The notes beneath the pieces were generated by a model, which saw only the letters and a program-made list of their open reading frames with translations, ran no database searches and was not told where the DNA came from. From Candidatus Nanogingivalaceae bacterium (GTDB lineage Bacteria; Patescibacteriota; Saccharimonadia; Saccharimonadales; Saccharimonadaceae), in assembly GCA_015257795.3 (NCBI GenBank), contig CP072208.2, positions 270,001 to 302,000 on the forward strand: a stretch of 32,000 bases of DNA. The letters are read 5' to 3'. This document shows positions 30,801 through 32,000 of the stretch, in pieces. Position numbers and translations under genes: made by a program. Each line of letters opens with the position of its first letter. The first letter of the stretch is position 1.

Positions 30801-31365
30801 TTTCTTCTTCGTCTAGTTTTTTGAGTAGTTTTTTATCCAATTCAACATTTTGTTTTGCAATTTTTGCTAGCATTTCAGGGGTAATTAACGCCTGTTTTGC
30901 ATGTGAAATTGCCGTTGTTAGGCTACTGATATTATCTTTTTTTAGGCGAGAGCTATCATCGAGATTGTTTTTTAAACTCTCTAAAATCTTAAAAATATTT
31001 AAATCATCGGCTAGGCTATCGAGGTCTTTATCTAGAAAATATTCACGATAATTATTGATAATTTCATTTGCAAAACCGTGATATGTGAAAATTCCAATTT
31101 TATACGAATCAGTTCCAATAAATTGCGAAAGACGCTCGCGCATATTTCGGGCACCAGCTTCCGTAAAAGTCATCGCTAGAATATTTTCCGGCGAAGTGTC
31201 GGTTTTTTGCAAAATGTTTGCAATGCGGGTTGAAAGCAATTGAGTCTTTCCCGTTCCTGGCCCCGCAATAACCAAAACTGGCCCCTCAATTGTGTCTACA
31301 GCCTTTTTTTGCTCGGGATTTAACATCTTATACTTTTTTTCGAAAATTTTCTGAAAATCGTTCAT
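27844..31365 (-). CDS. UvrD/PcrA/AddA-like SF1 helicase fused to a C-terminal PD-(D/E)xK (RecB-family) nuclease, 1173 aa
   Basis: Walker A VIAGPGTGKTQ, motif II ILLDEYQDTN, AVGDDDQAIMAFQGA, YRS, and late helicase motifs LMTAFQAKGLEFSHVF and LLFVAITRAK. Nuclease motifs are GTVDLLII, ILDWKTG and QQLFFYKFM. TATAAT (31377..31372) lies 6 nt before the ATG. Confidence 0.85.
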   Translation of the reverse strand: MNDFQKIFEKKYKMLNPEQKKAVDTIEGPVLVIAGPGTGKTQLLSTRIANILQKTDTSPENILAMTFTEAGARNMRERLSQFIGTDSYKIGIFTYHGFANEIINNYREYFLDKDLDSLADDLNIFKILESLKNNLDDSSRLKKDNISSLTTAISHAKQALITPEMLAKIAKQNVELDKKLLKKLDEEEIDFSVLEEKGISKKTVFPEFYENLLIALAEVLKDVTPAHPKVKPNLFYTFEALEKLLEENKNAEKFSTKPFTSFRNDFFGIKNEKGRLPKDFYTNLKIQEFADFYKKYEEALHNKGMFDYNDMILETIKTIEQKTELKLSLQEKYQFILLDEYQDTNAAQSRLVELLTDNEIFNGRPNILAVGDDDQAIMAFQGAKSSNMLDFYHRYKDTKVINLRINYRSRSEILYSAKNIAEQIESRLNENLPTRIDKNIEAFDDSKFESPYLVRKDFLSQISEFGWIADEISNLIKSGVSPKEIAVLAPKHNPLQMLAPYLKRQEIAVSYEKKENIFEDEIISSLIKISQLIIAISDNDLDKVNALFPEILSFNFWKLNPVEIWKLSWKINSKRETVNSWLPESLFCEDKNISQIVEFIISLSQKIDSYSLESILDILLGSVKWNFKKGEIVENSSQHDASEIFESPIRKLFSQDSDESYYDTLSNLIVLRENLREFTREHSNSLRDLAAFAKDYENAGMRIINTNPHKATDDAVQLMTAFQAKGLEFSHVFMIDTNNRVWNGKSNNFQSVRFPKNLEFIPISDEGKDTKLRLLFVAITRAKTHLYMTNHLMSFSGEKNTRLEFFDEHEKETEDEKFFVASFLPEKFQKIELEENDAKELDIQTSWHDFYRPKNDSMRDLLKNRLENYAISATHLNNFIDVEYGGPINFFENIILRFPQGYSINSIAGNLAHNAFRKAQNELNQNGFFDSQNIIRGLEKDISKYVLTNEDRTKILKTAAESVEKIFSTKSELFQKGNRAEENFHSKGIMLGDAHLTGTVDLLIIDKNNKEITILDWKTGSIPLDSKDRSKIVVNSKIYKYEQQLFFYKFMVENSKEFSGYKVKSGILQFVQPNADGDIASHSIDFETPANKLRADFTNLLIQAVFEKIKKFDFDDDISKFSEESLKGIKKFENQLVKEFAISHNLKEVPLYKKVKRGSSHIFTLTKAILEDF

Positions 31366-31392
31366 GGCTATATTATACTAAAAAAATAAGCT

Positions 31393-31418
31393 AAAAAAAA
31401 GAAGCTCGTTCGAGCTTC
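31393..31418 (-). terminator. rho-independent terminator after the 126-aa gene
   Basis: Minus strand GAAGCTC-GAAC-GAGCTTC followed by TTTTTTTT. Confidence 0.7.
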
Positions 31419-31426
31419 GAGAAGTT

Positions 31427-31807
31427 CTATTTGTGATTAAAGACATACTCCATCTTTTTAATAAAATTATTTAGGCTTTTGTTCGCCTCAAGGAATAGTG
31501 TTTTAGTATTAAAACTGTGTAGTTTTTGTTCAACACAGCGTTCGGTAAAAACATTGTTATCAAATGCTAGAACAACAACACGTTTATTCACTAAGATTTC
31601 CAGTTCTGAACTACTTCGTAAAGAAAGACCAAGTTCACTATCTGTGTATTCGATATCGAGCTCAAACTCAAGCTCACCATATTTATAAGTGGCCTTAATC
31701 TTAGATACTGGTTGTACTTCTTCCCGTGTAATTTTAAAACCAGATTTAATTTTAAAACCAGATTGTTCCAATAGCAACTTAATCGTTTTCGTGTCAAATT
31801 TTTTCAT
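31427..31807 (-). CDS. orphan hypothetical protein, 126 aa
   Basis: I prefer the ATG at 31807 (MKKFDTKTIK...) because AGGAGG lies 7 nt upstream. It contains an 18-nt tandem duplication (SGFKIK/SGFKIT). Confidence 0.55.
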   Translation of the reverse strand: MKKFDTKTIKLLLEQSGFKIKSGFKITREEVQPVSKIKATYKYGELEFELDIEYTDSELGLSLRSSSELEILVNKRVVVLAFDNNVFTERCVEQKLHSFNTKTLFLEANKSLNNFIKKMEYVFNHK

Positions 31808-31860
31808 AAAAACCTCCTGAAAAGTACTATAAAGTAAAATTATAACATTTAAAAGGCGAA

Positions 31861-31893
31861 AAAACAAGAAAAAACCCGATATAATATCGGGTT
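31861..31893 (-). terminator. rho-independent terminator after the right-edge gene
   Basis: Minus strand AACCCGATA-TTA-TATCGGGTT followed by TTTTCTTGTTTT. Confidence 0.7.
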
Positions 31894-31902
31894 AGGAATA
31901 AG

Positions 31903-32000
31903 TTAAAACTTGCGACAGTGTTTCTTGAATTCATTCTCGATATCATCAAAGAAATTATTCGCCATTTCTTTGCATTTTTTTAGCAAATCCGTTGTGGCTC
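31903..32000 (-). CDS. 3' end of an unidentified gene entering from the right edge (...ATTDLLKKCKEMANNFFDDIENEFKKHCRKF*)
   Basis: An open frame runs from the window edge to TAA at 31905..31903, followed by a good terminator. Only 32 codons are visible. Confidence 0.4.
   Translation of the reverse strand, partial: ATTDLLKKCKEMANNFFDDIENEFKKHCRKF

Noticed and set aside
1-32000. Alternative genetic code (UGA as a sense codon, as in Gracilibacteria/Absconditabacteria)
   Set aside because: Long uninterrupted ORFs (1173, 768 and 668 aa) and correctly sized conserved proteins are obtained with the standard code. At least nrnA (2963..2965) ends in TGA at a sensible position.
1-32000. TTCGAA enrichment as a simple by-product of codon or dipeptide bias
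   Set aside because: Copies occur in all three codon phases (F-E, F-R-K, S-K), on genes of both orientations and in intergenic DNA. They also use CG-containing codons that an AT-rich genome should disfavour. This still needs a codon-shuffled control, so it is kept as a finding with that caveat.

Overview
This is an AT-rich (roughly 35-38% GC by eye), very gene-dense bacterial window that reads cleanly with the standard genetic code. I support about 33 protein genes (most on the minus strand), two tRNAs (Glu-CUC, Gln-CUG), one nonsense-interrupted gene and many promoter and terminator signals. I saw no rRNA, CRISPR array, transposase or integrase. Core content, left to right: a YhgE/Pip membrane protein with a divergent MarR regulator; a minus-strand run of dprA, a GT-C-like membrane protein, ybaB, recR and nrnA; one type IV pilin; rplJ-rplL, rplK and secE-nusG as three separated pieces of the usual secE-nusG-rplKAJL cluster, with rplA absent; tgt plus a DUF167 gene; an orphan histidine kinase; and a co-directional string of a 1173-aa UvrD-helicase/PD-(D/E)xK-nuclease fusion, a sortase-type LamG/Ig surface protein, a Zn-ribbon protein, dnaX and dnaB. 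The gene set and style fit a reduced Patescibacteria/CPR (Saccharibacteria-like) genome, but that is inference. Accessory material sits in the two gaps of the ribosomal cluster. At 10.85-14.05 kb there are three orphan single-gene cassettes, tRNA-Gln, a decaying small-ORF locus and a 2-TM gene with an in-frame TAA. At 16.1-19.2 kb there is an opposite-strand hypothetical gene, a secreted beta-helix glycanase-like protein and an orphan promoter-terminator unit. The most striking signal is not a gene: the palindrome TTTCGAAA (core TTCGAA) is massively over-represented across the whole window, in spacers and in all three codon phases. That makes it a HIP1- or uptake-sequence-like iterated motif. 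A second recurring pattern is a -10 box 6-8 nt before the ATG, with no Shine-Dalgarno sequence, at seven genes (a leaderless layout), while the other genes carry GGAGG-type sites. All coordinates and counts were derived by hand from the sequence and should be recomputed.
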